The position numbers and the translations under genes were made by a program. Source: Anaerolineae bacterium (lineage in GTDB: Bacteria; Chloroflexota; Anaerolineae; B4-G1; SLSP01). Taken from it: 53,475 nt of DNA. The stretch's first letter is position 1, and every line of letters begins with the position of its first letter. The notes beneath the pieces are model-generated. The model worked only from the letters and a program-made list of their open reading frames with translations. It was not told where the DNA came from and did not search any database. The DNA lies in NCBI GenBank assembly GCA_034434315.1, contig DAOTZR010000037.1:1-53475 (forward strand), read 5' to 3'. Below are positions 24,707 to 33,152 of this stretch, piece after piece.

Positions 24707-24904
24707 ATGGAGAAAAACGTTGGCTCGCTGGATCGGGGTATTCGCATTGCTCTGGCTGTATTAGTCATTCTGCTGATGGCATTCAACGTGATCCAGGGAA
24801 CAGCAGCCGTGATTCTGGGGATTGTGGCTTTTGCCTTCGTCGTCACCAGCGTTGTGGGATTTTGCCCGCTGTACAAAGTGTTGAAGATCTCCACCAACAA
24901 ATAA
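24707..24904 (+). CDS. DUF2892 (YgaP-C-terminal-like) small membrane protein
   Basis: About 65 aa starting MEKNVGSLDRGIRIALAVLV, with two TM helices and a conserved GFCPLY motif. ATG 24707 is 7 nt after AGGAGG; the track start at 24701 is TTG. Confidence 0.7.
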   Translation: MEKNVGSLDRGIRIALAVLVILLMAFNVIQGTAAVILGIVAFAFVVTSVVGFCPLYKVLKISTNK

Positions 24905-24910
24905 CCCCAG

Positions 24911-24946
24911 CTCCCCGATCCGCGCCCCGGGTCACGGATCGGGGAG
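24911..24946. terminator. 12-bp hairpin between convergent genes (bidirectional terminator candidate)
   Basis: CTCCCCGATCCG (24911-24922) pairs with CGGATCGGGGAG (24935-24946). It lies between the DUF2892 stop (24904) and the deacetylase stop (24956). No clear U-tract. Confidence 0.5.
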
Positions 24947-24955
24947 GTATCCGCA

Positions 24956-26008
24956 CTACGGCAAGATCTGCTTAAAAGCCTCCAAGTCCCAGTCGCCGCG
25001 AACGCGCAAGCGGGGCCAGGTGAAGTGCTCGGCTAGCGTGATGCGGCTCCCCCACTGGGTGGTCACCGCCCCCCAATAGCCCGCCTGGTCCAGGGCGCGG
25101 ATGACCGCGGCATCGTAACGCCCGGCAGGATAGCAGAAGAAACGCACCGGCTGGCCTACGCGCGCTTCGATCAAGGCCCGGCTGAGTCCAAGCTGCTGTT
25201 GGAGATACTCCGCGCTGCGCTCGCGTAAGTCCACGTGATCCAGACTGTGCGATTGAATGGACATGCCCGCATCGGCCATGGCGCGGGCCTGTTCCCAGGA
25301 TAGATAGCCCGGCACTCCGCCTTCGACCACATATGCGATCACAAAAAACGTGCCGGTAAACCCATATTTTTGCAACAGGGGAAAAGCTACCGTGTACGCA
25401 CCCTCATACCCATCATCGAACGTGAGCACAATCGGCTTAGCGGGCAGCTCGCGCTCCCCCTGGAGCGCAGCGTAAAGCTCAAACAGGGTCAGGCTGGTGT
25501 AGCCCTGCTCCTGGAGATAGGCCAGTTGGGCCTCGAAACGTTCCGGCGTCACGGTGAGGTCCCGTCGAATGGTGTCGGCGTCCTGCGGCAGCTCAGACAC
25601 ATAGTGATACATGAGGATCGGCACCGTCAGGGCCGCGGGAGGCGTCACCGTCCTGGTTGGCGCCGGTGTCGCACTCAAAGCCGTCAACACCGAAGCCTCG
25701 GCCTCCGCCACCCCATAGGCCTTAAAAACCAGGGGCAGCCAGAGCCGGGGCTCAAAACCCTGCTCAGGGGGGACCGTTGGGGTTACAGTTGGAGTTGGGG
25801 ACGCAGGCGCAGGAGGTAGCTCTGTAGGGCTGGGAGTAGCTTCTACGATTGGTTGCGCTGGCCGTGTTGCCGTGACTCCCGGCGTGACCTGTACCGTCAC
25901 TTCTGGTCGCGGGCCTTGAGCGAACTGGCACCCCAAGGCTACAAGGGCCAGACCAGCCAGCAGTAAACCCAGCCTCCAGCGCGTTACCTTTGCCGTCCTA
26001 ACCACCAC
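24956..26008 (-). CDS. Secreted/anchored polysaccharide deacetylase (NodB family) with Pro/Thr-rich linker
   Basis: 350 aa with an N-terminal signal/anchor (LGLLLAGLALVALGC), a PT-rich linker, and NodB motifs LTFDDGYEGAY and HSLDHVDL. Confidence 0.85.
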   Translation of the reverse strand: MVVRTAKVTRWRLGLLLAGLALVALGCQFAQGPRPEVTVQVTPGVTATRPAQPIVEATPSPTELPPAPASPTPTVTPTVPPEQGFEPRLWLPLVFKAYGVAEAEASVLTALSATPAPTRTVTPPAALTVPILMYHYVSELPQDADTIRRDLTVTPERFEAQLAYLQEQGYTSLTLFELYAALQGERELPAKPIVLTFDDGYEGAYTVAFPLLQKYGFTGTFFVIAYVVEGGVPGYLSWEQARAMADAGMSIQSHSLDHVDLRERSAEYLQQQLGLSRALIEARVGQPVRFFCYPAGRYDAAVIRALDQAGYWGAVTTQWGSRITLAEHFTWPRLRVRGDWDLEAFKQILP

Positions 26009-26661
26009 GTTACTCCGCCAAACATCACCATCAAACCGGCCAGGGCTACAGAAAGTGCACTCAGCCAGTTTTCGGGCGCAGGCGTCACGCCCCCTCCCGT
26101 AACAACCGGAGCTTCTCCAGCACCCGAATCAGCCGGAGGGGCAAAATCCAACGTGGCGGTTTCGGACGTAGTCGCTTCTGGGACTGGAGCTTGCAGCGAG
26201 CGCAGCGCTTCGGGCGTGTTCTCCGCAGTAGCCTCAGGCGCCATCATGACGGTCACATCCTCAGCCGTCGGCTCCGTCGTCCCCTGAGGAACCATGGCCA
26301 CCTGGCCTCCCGACTTGTCCATTGGGATCGGGGCCGCCATTGGCGTCAGGGATTGCAGGCCCAAAACCAGCACCAAAGCCAATGTTGTCAGGGCCGTAGC
26401 CAGACGGGTGACGGGATACCAGCGTTGTGCCAGGCGTTGATGCGGCTTCGCCGGCGCAGCCACCATCGAGGGCGTAAGCAGGAAATTGCGCGGTACATCG
26501 GCCAGAGGCGCAGACCGCACCAGCAGCACCGTCTGGCGCAGGGCCTCCAGGCGCGAACGCAGCGCCGTGTCGTGTTGCAGATCCTGCTCCAACATCGTCC
26601 GCCGCTCCTCGGTTAATTGCCCATCTACATAGGCGGAAAGGTCTCCGTCGCTCCAGTTCAT
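25984..26661 (-). CDS. Anti-sigma factor (zf-HC2-like N-terminus, transmembrane)
   Basis: 225 aa, located immediately downstream of an ECF sigma gene with a 4-nt overlap. It has an N-terminal anti-sigma-type helix region, TM segments and a Pro/Thr/Ala-rich extracytoplasmic part. Confidence 0.6.
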   Translation of the reverse strand: MNWSDGDLSAYVDGQLTEERRTMLEQDLQHDTALRSRLEALRQTVLLVRSAPLADVPRNFLLTPSMVAAPAKPHQRLAQRWYPVTRLATALTTLALVLVLGLQSLTPMAAPIPMDKSGGQVAMVPQGTTEPTAEDVTVMMAPEATAENTPEALRSLQAPVPEATTSETATLDFAPPADSGAGEAPVVTGGGVTPAPENWLSALSVALAGLMVMFGGVTWWLGRQR

Positions 26662-27290
26662 CCCTCTGCCTCCCTATCGTACGTGTTATTTTGACGATAG
26701 CGCTGCGGCAAAAGTTCCGCCTTCCGTTGCAGGAGCTGCTGCAACTTCACCCGCGCCCGTGCCAGACGCGACTTTACCGTCCCAACCGGGACATGCAAAA
26801 TCTCCGCCACCTCATCATAAGCGTAGCCCAGGCGATCCACCAGCACCACCACCAGGCGTTGATCCTGCGGCAGTTCCAGCAGGCAGGCGTTGATAAAACG
26901 GCGCAACTCCTCCTGCTGCATGGCCTCTTCCGGAGTCACACCATGATCCGTCAAATAAGGATTGGCCTCCTCATCCACATCGCCGAACTCTTCCCACGAC
27001 ACCGCGGGCCGGCGCTTTTGACGCCGCAACTCATCCCGACAGGCATTGGCCACAATCTGCATCAGCCAGGGCCGCAGGGACGCCCCCCGAAACGTCCTCA
27101 GGTTGCGATAGGCCGAAAGAAAAGCCTCCTGCGTGGCATCCGCCGCTGCTGCCGGGTCGCTGAGCATGGCGTAGGCCAGGTTATAGGCCTGCGTCTGATA
27201 GTGCAACACCAGTGCATTAAAAGCGTCCAGATTGCCCCGCGCTGCAGAAGCAATCAAGGCCGCTTCATCCCAGGCTCCCGAATTTTCCAT
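26658..27290 (-). CDS. ECF-type RNA polymerase sigma-70 family factor
   Basis: 210 aa with region 2 (AFNALVLHYQTQAYNLAYAML...DATQEAFLSAY) and a region 4 HTH (YDEVAEILHVPVGTVKSRLARAR). Confidence 0.9.
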   Translation of the reverse strand: MENSGAWDEAALIASAARGNLDAFNALVLHYQTQAYNLAYAMLSDPAAAADATQEAFLSAYRNLRTFRGASLRPWLMQIVANACRDELRRQKRRPAVSWEEFGDVDEEANPYLTDHGVTPEEAMQQEELRRFINACLLELPQDQRLVVVLVDRLGYAYDEVAEILHVPVGTVKSRLARARVKLQQLLQRKAELLPQRYRQNNTYDREAEG

Positions 27291-27302
27291 AGCGCCTCGT
27301 AG

Positions 27303-27330
27303 TTGACGAATTCAAGAATTGCGTTATATT
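27303..27330 (+). promoter_or_regulatory. Promoter of tRNA-Leu
   Basis: TTGACG (27303-27308), 16-nt spacer, TATATT (27325-27330), ~12 nt before the tRNA 5' end. Confidence 0.6.
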
Positions 27331-27342
27331 TAAGGCCGCAGT

Positions 27343-27425
27343 GCCGGAGTGGCGGAACAGGCAGACGCAAACGACTCAAAATCGTTCGGGTGATCCCCGT
27401 GTGGGTTCGACTCCCACCTCCGGCA
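27343..27425 (+). tRNA. tRNA-Leu (anticodon CAA), class II with long variable arm; no encoded CCA
   Basis: I folded the cloverleaf by hand. Acceptor GCCGGAG/CTCCGGC plus discriminator A. Anticodon stem AACGA/TCGTT with loop CTCAAAA. Variable arm CGGGTGATCCCCGTG. T-arm GTGGG-TTCGACT-CCCAC. Confidence 0.9.
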
Positions 27426-27460
27426 TTATCGCATTAAATTTCCAGACTGGCAAACCCACC

Positions 27461-30400
27461 CTACACCTTATCCGAAGTCGGCAAGTCCTCCAGCTTGAGC
27501 GAAAGCACTTTCGATACGCTATCCTCGCCCATCGAAACACCGTAAATCGCATCCGCCGCCTCAACTGTACCGCGGTTGTGCGTGATGATGAGCATTTGCG
27601 TCTGACGGGCCAGCTCGCGCAACATGGCCCGGAAACGGCCCACATTCGCCTCATCCAGCATCGCGTCCACCTCATCCAGGACGCAGAAAGGCGTAGGGCT
27701 CACCCGCAGCACCGCGAACAACAACGCCATCGCCGTCAAGGTGCGTTCGCCGCCGGAAAGCATCCCCAACCCCGACGTGCGTTTACCCGGCGGACGGGCA
27801 ATAATTTCAATCCCGTCCTCCACCTGCTCCAGCTTAGCCGTCCCCCCGCTAAAGAGCGTCTCGAAAGCGGCGCTGAACTCGCGAGCAACCGCCTTGAAAG
27901 TGGCGTTAAAGGCCGTATCCATCATCCCTTCCAGCTCGGCGATGACTTGCTGGAGATGCGCCGAGGCGGTTTCCAGGTCCTGAATCTGCTGCGTCAGGAA
28001 GGTATGGCGCTCGCGTACCTCCTGATATTCCTCCCAGGCCGCGGGGTTGACCGGTTCCAGCCGGCGCATCTGCATCCGCAGCTCGCGTAACTGCGCTTCC
28101 AGGCCTTCGGGCAATTCGTGAACTTCGGGCAAAGGGACGGCGAAACTGGTCAAAGGGAGGGGCTGCTGCACGGGCAGGGAAAGCGGCAAATCCCCGATCA
28201 GAATACCCAGCGCCTCCTCAATCTCACGGCGCAGGGTCAACACCTGTTCCTCCAGGCGGCGGACGGCGATTTGCGCCTGCGTGCTTTGCTGTTCAGCCTC
28301 ATGCAAAGCCGCCCGCGCCTCGGTCGCTTCCGCCTCCAGGGCCAGTTGGGCCTGTTCCGCCTGGCTTACCTGGGCTTCCAGATCCGGGATCTGAGCCTGC
28401 ACCTCCAACGCGGCCTGACGCGCCGCATCGTAACGCCGGCGCGCCGCCTCCAGCGTCTGGTCCAGCGTCGCCAGCTCCGCTTCCAGCGCCTGCAGCCGTT
28501 GCTGTTGCGCTTCCAGTTGTTGTTGAAGACGATGCCGCTCACGCTGGCGCGCCTCCAACAGTAAGCGCTGGATGTCGTGTTCCTGGGCCCGGAGGGCCAG
28601 CGCCGTGCGCCGTTCGGCCAGGAGGCCGGCCAGCGCGGCGTCATCGAGCGCTTCCAACGCGCTCACGGTCTCGGCCAGGCGCGCCTCCAGCTCCTGCAGC
28701 GCCGCCCGCGCCGCGTCACGCTCCTGCTCCAGCCGCTGAGCCGTTTGCGTGAGGGTTTGTTGTTCGGCCACGGTCTCATCCCGCAGGCGCTGATGCCAGG
28801 TAACCTGGCGCTGCGCCGCTTCCAGGGCCTGGACGGCCTCATCCACTTTGCGCACCGCAAGCTGCCGGGCGCGTTCCAGGCCCTGGCGCTGCTCGCGTTG
28901 CCGACGCAGCCCCTCATTCAGGCGATTGATGTCGGCCTCCAGCTCCTGCATCCGCTGACGCAGGGAACGGCTTTGGCCGGCGAGTTGGTCCAGTTTTTGC
29001 GGCAGTTCCCGTCGTTCGCGTTCGCGCGCCAGCAGGCTGCCGCGCTCCTGATCGCTGCGCGCCTCACCGCCGGTAAGCGCCCCGCCCGACCGCAGGATCT
29101 CGCCTTCCAGGGTGACGATTTGGAAGCTGCCGTTCAGGCGCTCGAAAAGGCGGCGCGCGGCGTCCAGGTGTTCCGCGACGGCGACCCGCCCCAACAACAG
29201 ATGGACGGCGGGCCGTAAGGCCGAGTCATAATCCACCAAAGCCGCCGCCAGGCCCACCACCCCCGGCGCCGACGGCACATCCAACAGGGAGCCGGGGCGC
29301 AGGGTGTCCAGCGGCAGGAAGGTGGCACGGCCCGCGCGCTGCTGTTTGAGCCAGGCGATGGCGTTTTCGGCATCCTGCCAGGTCCGGGCAATCACGTCCT
29401 GCAGGTGAGCGCCCAGGGCCACTTCCAGCGCGCGCTCCAGGTGCGGCGGAACGCGCACCAGGCTGGCAAAGGTCCCCGGCAGGCCCCGCAGATACCCTTT
29501 TTCCACGGCGCGCAGGACCGCGCGCACGCCGGGATAGAGTCCCGTGCCCTCCTGAGCCAGGCGCTCCAGCGCGTCGAGGCGCGCTGCCAGTTGCTGCCGC
29601 TCGCTCTCCAGGGCCGTCCATTCGCGGCGGAGCTGGTCCAGAGTGGCCTGCGCCGTCTCGCGGGCGGCGCGCAGGGCCTCTTCTTCGGCCTCGTGCGCGT
29701 GCAAGGCTTCATCGGCCTGGGCCAGGGCCGCGCGGGCCTCGGCGACCGTCGCCTGGGCCGCGCGGACCCGTTCCTGAGCCTCTTCGCGGTTGCGATCCAG
29801 CTCCTCGATGCGTCGGTCCAGTTCGACCAGGCGCTCTGCTGCACGTTCGCTGCGGCTCTGGCGATCGGCCAGGTGATGGCGCTGAGCCAGGGCCTGGCTC
29901 TGGAGGGCGCTCTGCTGCTCCAGAATGGCCTGACGTTGTTTCTGGAGCGCGGCATACGCGGCTTCGGCCTCCTGCAGGGCGGCCTGGGCGGCCTGCAAGG
30001 CTGCGGCGCTGGTCTCCAGCGCCGCGGTGAGGGTTTGTACTTCCGCGGCTTCAGCCTCCAGCGTGGTTTGCAGGGGAATCAGATTGGCCTGCGTTTCTTC
30101 GTGATAGACTTGCAGCAGGCGTTTGCGCTCCAGGGCCACGGCCAGCTCGCGTTGCAGGGCCTCGGCCTGGGCGGCGGTTTCGCTCTGGGTATGGTGCAGG
30201 GCCGTGAGGGCGCGCCGCCGCTCCGCGGTCTCCTGACGCAGGACGGCCATGCGCTCCTCCAGCTCGCCGATGACCGCGGCGCGTTTTTCGACGCGCTCTT
30301 CCTGGTAGGCCTGACGTGACCGCGCCAGATCCAGGGCGGTGAGGTTTTGATACCAGCGATAGCCGTACCAGATTTGCAGGGCGCTCTTAAGTTCTTCTTG

Positions 30401-31057
30401 CAGGCGCTGATAGTTTTCGTAACGCTGGGCCTGTTTTTCCAGGCGATGCAGGCGCGGTTCGATTTCGCTGAGGATGTCGCGGGCGCGTTCCAGGTTGTGC
30501 CGGGTTTCCTCCAGGCGCTGCAGCGTTTCGTCGCGGCGCGTGCGGTAGGGGGTGATGCCAGCGGCCTGTTCAAAGAGCTGCACACGTTCCTGTGGTCGCA
30601 GGGAAAGGACGTGATCCACCAGGCCCTGCCCAATGATGAGGTACGCCTCGCGCCCCAGACCGGCGCGGTCCAGCAGATCGCTCAAATCCATCAGGCGGAT
30701 GCGACTGCCGTTGAGCAGGTATTCGCTTTCTCCCGAACGGAACAGGCGCCGTTCGATGGTGACTTCGCTGTAATCCACGGGGATCCAGCCGTCGCTGTTA
30801 TCGAAGACGAGGGCAACGCGCGCCATGCCGGCACGCGCACGGCGCTTGCTGCCGGCGAAGATCATGTCCTCGCCGGATTTGCCGCGCAGGGTGGAGATGC
30901 GGCGTTCACCCAGGACCCAACGGATGGCGTCAGCGACGTTGCTTTTGCCGCTGCCGTTCGGCCCAATGATGGCTGTGATGCCACCAGGGAAGACCAGTAA
31001 GGTCTCATCGGCGAAGGATTTAAAGCCCTGTAAGGTAAGTTGTTTGAGTTTAGGCAC
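27461..31057 (-). CDS. smc: Chromosome segregation protein SMC
   Basis: 1198 aa with Walker A GPNGSGKSN, long Ala/Glu/Gln/Arg coiled coils, a hinge, signature LSGGERTLTAMALLFA and Walker B FCVLDEVDAMLD. Confidence 0.95.
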   Translation of the reverse strand: MPKLKQLTLQGFKSFADETLLVFPGGITAIIGPNGSGKSNVADAIRWVLGERRISTLRGKSGEDMIFAGSKRRARAGMARVALVFDNSDGWIPVDYSEVTIERRLFRSGESEYLLNGSRIRLMDLSDLLDRAGLGREAYLIIGQGLVDHVLSLRPQERVQLFEQAAGITPYRTRRDETLQRLEETRHNLERARDILSEIEPRLHRLEKQAQRYENYQRLQEELKSALQIWYGYRWYQNLTALDLARSRQAYQEERVEKRAAVIGELEERMAVLRQETAERRRALTALHHTQSETAAQAEALQRELAVALERKRLLQVYHEETQANLIPLQTTLEAEAAEVQTLTAALETSAAALQAAQAALQEAEAAYAALQKQRQAILEQQSALQSQALAQRHHLADRQSRSERAAERLVELDRRIEELDRNREEAQERVRAAQATVAEARAALAQADEALHAHEAEEEALRAARETAQATLDQLRREWTALESERQQLAARLDALERLAQEGTGLYPGVRAVLRAVEKGYLRGLPGTFASLVRVPPHLERALEVALGAHLQDVIARTWQDAENAIAWLKQQRAGRATFLPLDTLRPGSLLDVPSAPGVVGLAAALVDYDSALRPAVHLLLGRVAVAEHLDAARRLFERLNGSFQIVTLEGEILRSGGALTGGEARSDQERGSLLARERERRELPQKLDQLAGQSRSLRQRMQELEADINRLNEGLRRQREQRQGLERARQLAVRKVDEAVQALEAAQRQVTWHQRLRDETVAEQQTLTQTAQRLEQERDAARAALQELEARLAETVSALEALDDAALAGLLAERRTALALRAQEHDIQRLLLEARQRERHRLQQQLEAQQQRLQALEAELATLDQTLEAARRRYDAARQAALEVQAQIPDLEAQVSQAEQAQLALEAEATEARAALHEAEQQSTQAQIAVRRLEEQVLTLRREIEEALGILIGDLPLSLPVQQPLPLTSFAVPLPEVHELPEGLEAQLRELRMQMRRLEPVNPAAWEEYQEVRERHTFLTQQIQDLETASAHLQQVIAELEGMMDTAFNATFKAVAREFSAAFETLFSGGTAKLEQVEDGIEIIARPPGKRTSGLGMLSGGERTLTAMALLFAVLRVSPTPFCVLDEVDAMLDEANVGRFRAMLRELARQTQMLIITHNRGTVEAADAIYGVSMGEDSVSKVLSLKLEDLPTSDKV

Positions 31058-31104
31058 CCGGTTTCATCCTCAACGGTGATGGTGTTGCTTTCAGGGGATG
31101 GTTT

Positions 31105-32037
31105 TCACGCATCGGAAACGTCGGCGCGGCCCCAAAGCCGGCAGAAGGCGCAGAGCCCACCAGCTGTCGTCGGTTGCCCGCATATCCGGCAGGGTTCCAG
31201 GGCCTGCCGCTCGCGTTCTACGTTGAATTGCAGTTCGCCTTTTTGCCGCGCGCGCAGGAAGTTGATGTAGAACTGGAGTTTGGTGCCCGGCGCCTGATGT
31301 TCAAGCTGATTGAGCAGGGCTTTGTGTTCCAGGCTGGTCGCCCCAACGGCGTAGGGACATTCTTCATAGATGTAATCCAGGTTGCGCAGAAGGGTGTAGG
31401 CAGCGACTTCGCGCTCGTAGAAGCGACAGAAGGGCTTGATTTTGCGCACAAACCCCTCATCCTCATCCCCAGGGAGGACGGGGTACTGCCGGGCCAGGTA
31501 GCCCGTCTGCCAGTGCAGGACGTTCCCGAACAGGACCGCGGCCTCATCGTCCAGGTTGTGGCCGGTAGCCAGGACGGTGTAGCCATGGTCGCGCGCGATG
31601 CGGTTCATTTCGTGGCGTTTGACGATGCCGCAGACGGAACAGGTGCGGTTATCGCCGCGTTTGCGCGCGGCCAGCTCCGGGATGCTCGCGCCGTAGCTGA
31701 GCCGCAGGTCCACGATGTGCAGGCGCGCTGCGGGATGGGCTTGTGCAAAGGCCAGGACTTTCTGACGCGAGCGGGCCGAGTAGTCCGGAATACCCAGATC
31801 AATATACAAGCCATCTGCCGGCAGCTCCAGACGGAGCAACACATCCCAAAGGGCCAGGCTGTCTTTTCCCCCGGAGACGGCGACGAGGATGCGGTCGCCC
31901 GGCTGGAGCATGGCGTATTTGCGCAAGGTGCTTTGCGTGCGCTCGACGAACCATTCCAGGTAATGGGTGGAGCAGAGGGCCAGCTTGTGCTCCGGCATGT
32001 TGATGCTGGCGCGTTCTCCGCAGCTCCGACAGCGCAT
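31105..32037 (-). CDS. ttuA: PP-loop tRNA 2-thiolation enzyme of the TtuA/Ncs6 family (Fe-S, zinc fingers)
   Basis: 310 aa with an N-terminal CxxC...CxxH zinc finger, PP-loop SGGKDS, candidate cluster cysteines in TCSVCG and KPFC, and C-terminal CRICG...CAFC. Confidence 0.75.
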   Translation of the reverse strand: MRCRSCGERASINMPEHKLALCSTHYLEWFVERTQSTLRKYAMLQPGDRILVAVSGGKDSLALWDVLLRLELPADGLYIDLGIPDYSARSRQKVLAFAQAHPAARLHIVDLRLSYGASIPELAARKRGDNRTCSVCGIVKRHEMNRIARDHGYTVLATGHNLDDEAAVLFGNVLHWQTGYLARQYPVLPGDEDEGFVRKIKPFCRFYEREVAAYTLLRNLDYIYEECPYAVGATSLEHKALLNQLEHQAPGTKLQFYINFLRARQKGELQFNVERERQALEPCRICGQPTTAGGLCAFCRLWGRADVSDA

Positions 32038-32039
32038 GG

Positions 32040-32228
32040 CTAGCCTCCCGAAACAACGGCGACGATTTTGACTGTATCGCCGGGATGCAGGGTCTGGTCT
32101 TCGGTGAGCAGGACCCCATCCCGAACCACCAGGACGGTTTCGGGCAGGAGGTCCAGCCGCTTGAGTAGCTGACGCACAGTGAGCGCTTCATCGAAGTCCC
32201 AGGTCTGATCGCGATACACGATGTGCAT
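32040..32228 (-). CDS. ttuB: ThiS/MoaD-type ubiquitin-like sulfur carrier ending in Gly-Gly (TtuB-like)
   Basis: 62 aa with a beta-grasp-size sequence ending ...VKIVAVVSGG. It lies 2 nt upstream of the ttuA-like gene. GGAGGT ribosome-binding site. Confidence 0.7.
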   Translation of the reverse strand: MHIVYRDQTWDFDEALTVRQLLKRLDLLPETVLVVRDGVLLTEDQTLHPGDTVKIVAVVSGG

Positions 32229-32249
32229 AGTTACCTCCGGTCCGGTGAC

Positions 32250-32279
32250 ACAAAAGCGGGGAGCTTTTCGCTCCCCGCC
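32250..32279 (-). terminator. Intrinsic terminator after the TPR-protein gene
   Basis: Minus strand reads GCGGGGAGC-GAAAA-GCTCCCCGC followed by TTTT (stems 32256-32264/32270-32278, A-run 32252-32255 on +). Confidence 0.75.
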
Positions 32280-32293
32280 CGCTCTTCAGGCTG

Positions 32294-32962
32294 TTATTCC
32301 TGGCGGAAGCGGGCCTCAAGCTGTTCCAGCATTTCGGCGGCTTCGACCAGCTTATCCAGGGGGTTTTGTTCGCCCGTGAAGTAGCGGTAATCACAGGGCA
32401 TGATATCCAGTTCTTTGACCAGGCGCTGATGGTTGGCGCGCACGCTTTCGGCTGAGACGCCGTACAGAGTCGCGATTTGATTCAGGGGTACGTCGCGCAG
32501 GTTGACCTTGCGCACGGTGTAATCCAGGGCGGCGGCCCAGACCTCCGGCTTGCGGATGATGAGTTGTTCGGTGCCGATGACGATGCGGAATTCCAGCCAG
32601 AGCTGGATGGCCGCGCCAATCAGCTCAATCGGTAGACGCGCCTCGGTCATAGTGCGGGTCAACACATCTTCAACCGGGTCCATGCCGCGCGCAAAAAGTT
32701 GTTCAATACGCGGGGCAACGGGCGAGTTAGGCTCCAGCCGCAGGAAATTGGCCAGAGACTTGAGGGCCCGATCGAAGTCGCCCATGCGGGCCAGAATCTG
32801 CGCCATGGCCATGTGATAGTCGGCCTGGTCTGGCATCAGGCGCAGGGCCGATTCGAGTTTTTGCAAAGCCAGGTCCAGGTCCCAATGTTGATAGGCGGCC
32901 ATGGCTTCTTCGTACAGTGCTGCAGCTTTTTTGGCATTGTTGACTGCGCTCTGGCTCGTCAT
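32294..32962 (-). CDS. TPR-repeat protein with C-terminal HTH-like segment (function unknown)
   Basis: 222 aa with N-terminal TPR-like repeats (AAALYEEAMAAYQHWDLDLALQKLESALRLMPDQADYHMAMAQILARMGDFDRALKSL). The later segment LNQIATLYGVSAESVRANHQRL resembles a sigma-region-4/HTH. Confidence 0.45.
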   Translation of the reverse strand: MTSQSAVNNAKKAAALYEEAMAAYQHWDLDLALQKLESALRLMPDQADYHMAMAQILARMGDFDRALKSLANFLRLEPNSPVAPRIEQLFARGMDPVEDVLTRTMTEARLPIELIGAAIQLWLEFRIVIGTEQLIIRKPEVWAAALDYTVRKVNLRDVPLNQIATLYGVSAESVRANHQRLVKELDIMPCDYRYFTGEQNPLDKLVEAAEMLEQLEARFRQE

Positions 32963-32994
32963 TGCCTTTCCCCCTTAGCGTAAGATCCGCCCTA

Positions 32995-33022
32995 ATTATA
33001 GCATTGTTCGAAAAGAGGCCAA
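32995..33022 (-). promoter_or_regulatory. Promoter of the TPR-protein gene
   Basis: Minus strand: TTGGCC (33017-33022), 16-nt spacer, extended -10 TGcTATAAT (32995-33003). Confidence 0.5.
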
Positions 33023-33034
33023 AATGACGCATGC

Positions 33035-33079
33035 AAAAAATGGGATCCGCGGACTGGGCAAAGCCGCCCGCAAATCCCA
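33035..33079 (-). terminator. Intrinsic terminator of recA
   Basis: Minus-strand hairpin TGGGAT...ATCCCA with an internal GC stem, followed by TTTTTT (A-run 33035-33040 on +). A second 12-bp hairpin, GCGGGTTAAAGC/GCTTTAACCCGC, lies at ~33102-33131. Confidence 0.7.
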
Positions 33080-33152
33080 TTTCTCCCTGGAGGCGGGTTA
33101 AAGCGCCGGGCTTTAACCCGCTCTGCCGAACCGTCACAACCTGATGCAGGCT

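Noticed and set aside
27341-30319. Multiple 100-300-aa ORFs on both strands within the SMC region (for example 27341..28090, 28577..29218, 29405..30319, 29392..29955)
   Set aside because: They are alternative-frame or antisense readings of the repetitive GC-rich coiled-coil coding sequence of smc. ORF 27341..28090 also runs through the tRNA-Leu gene.
31174-32043. 289-aa + strand ORF
   Set aside because: It is antisense to the ttuA-like gene, whose PP-loop and zinc-finger motifs are present on the minus strand.
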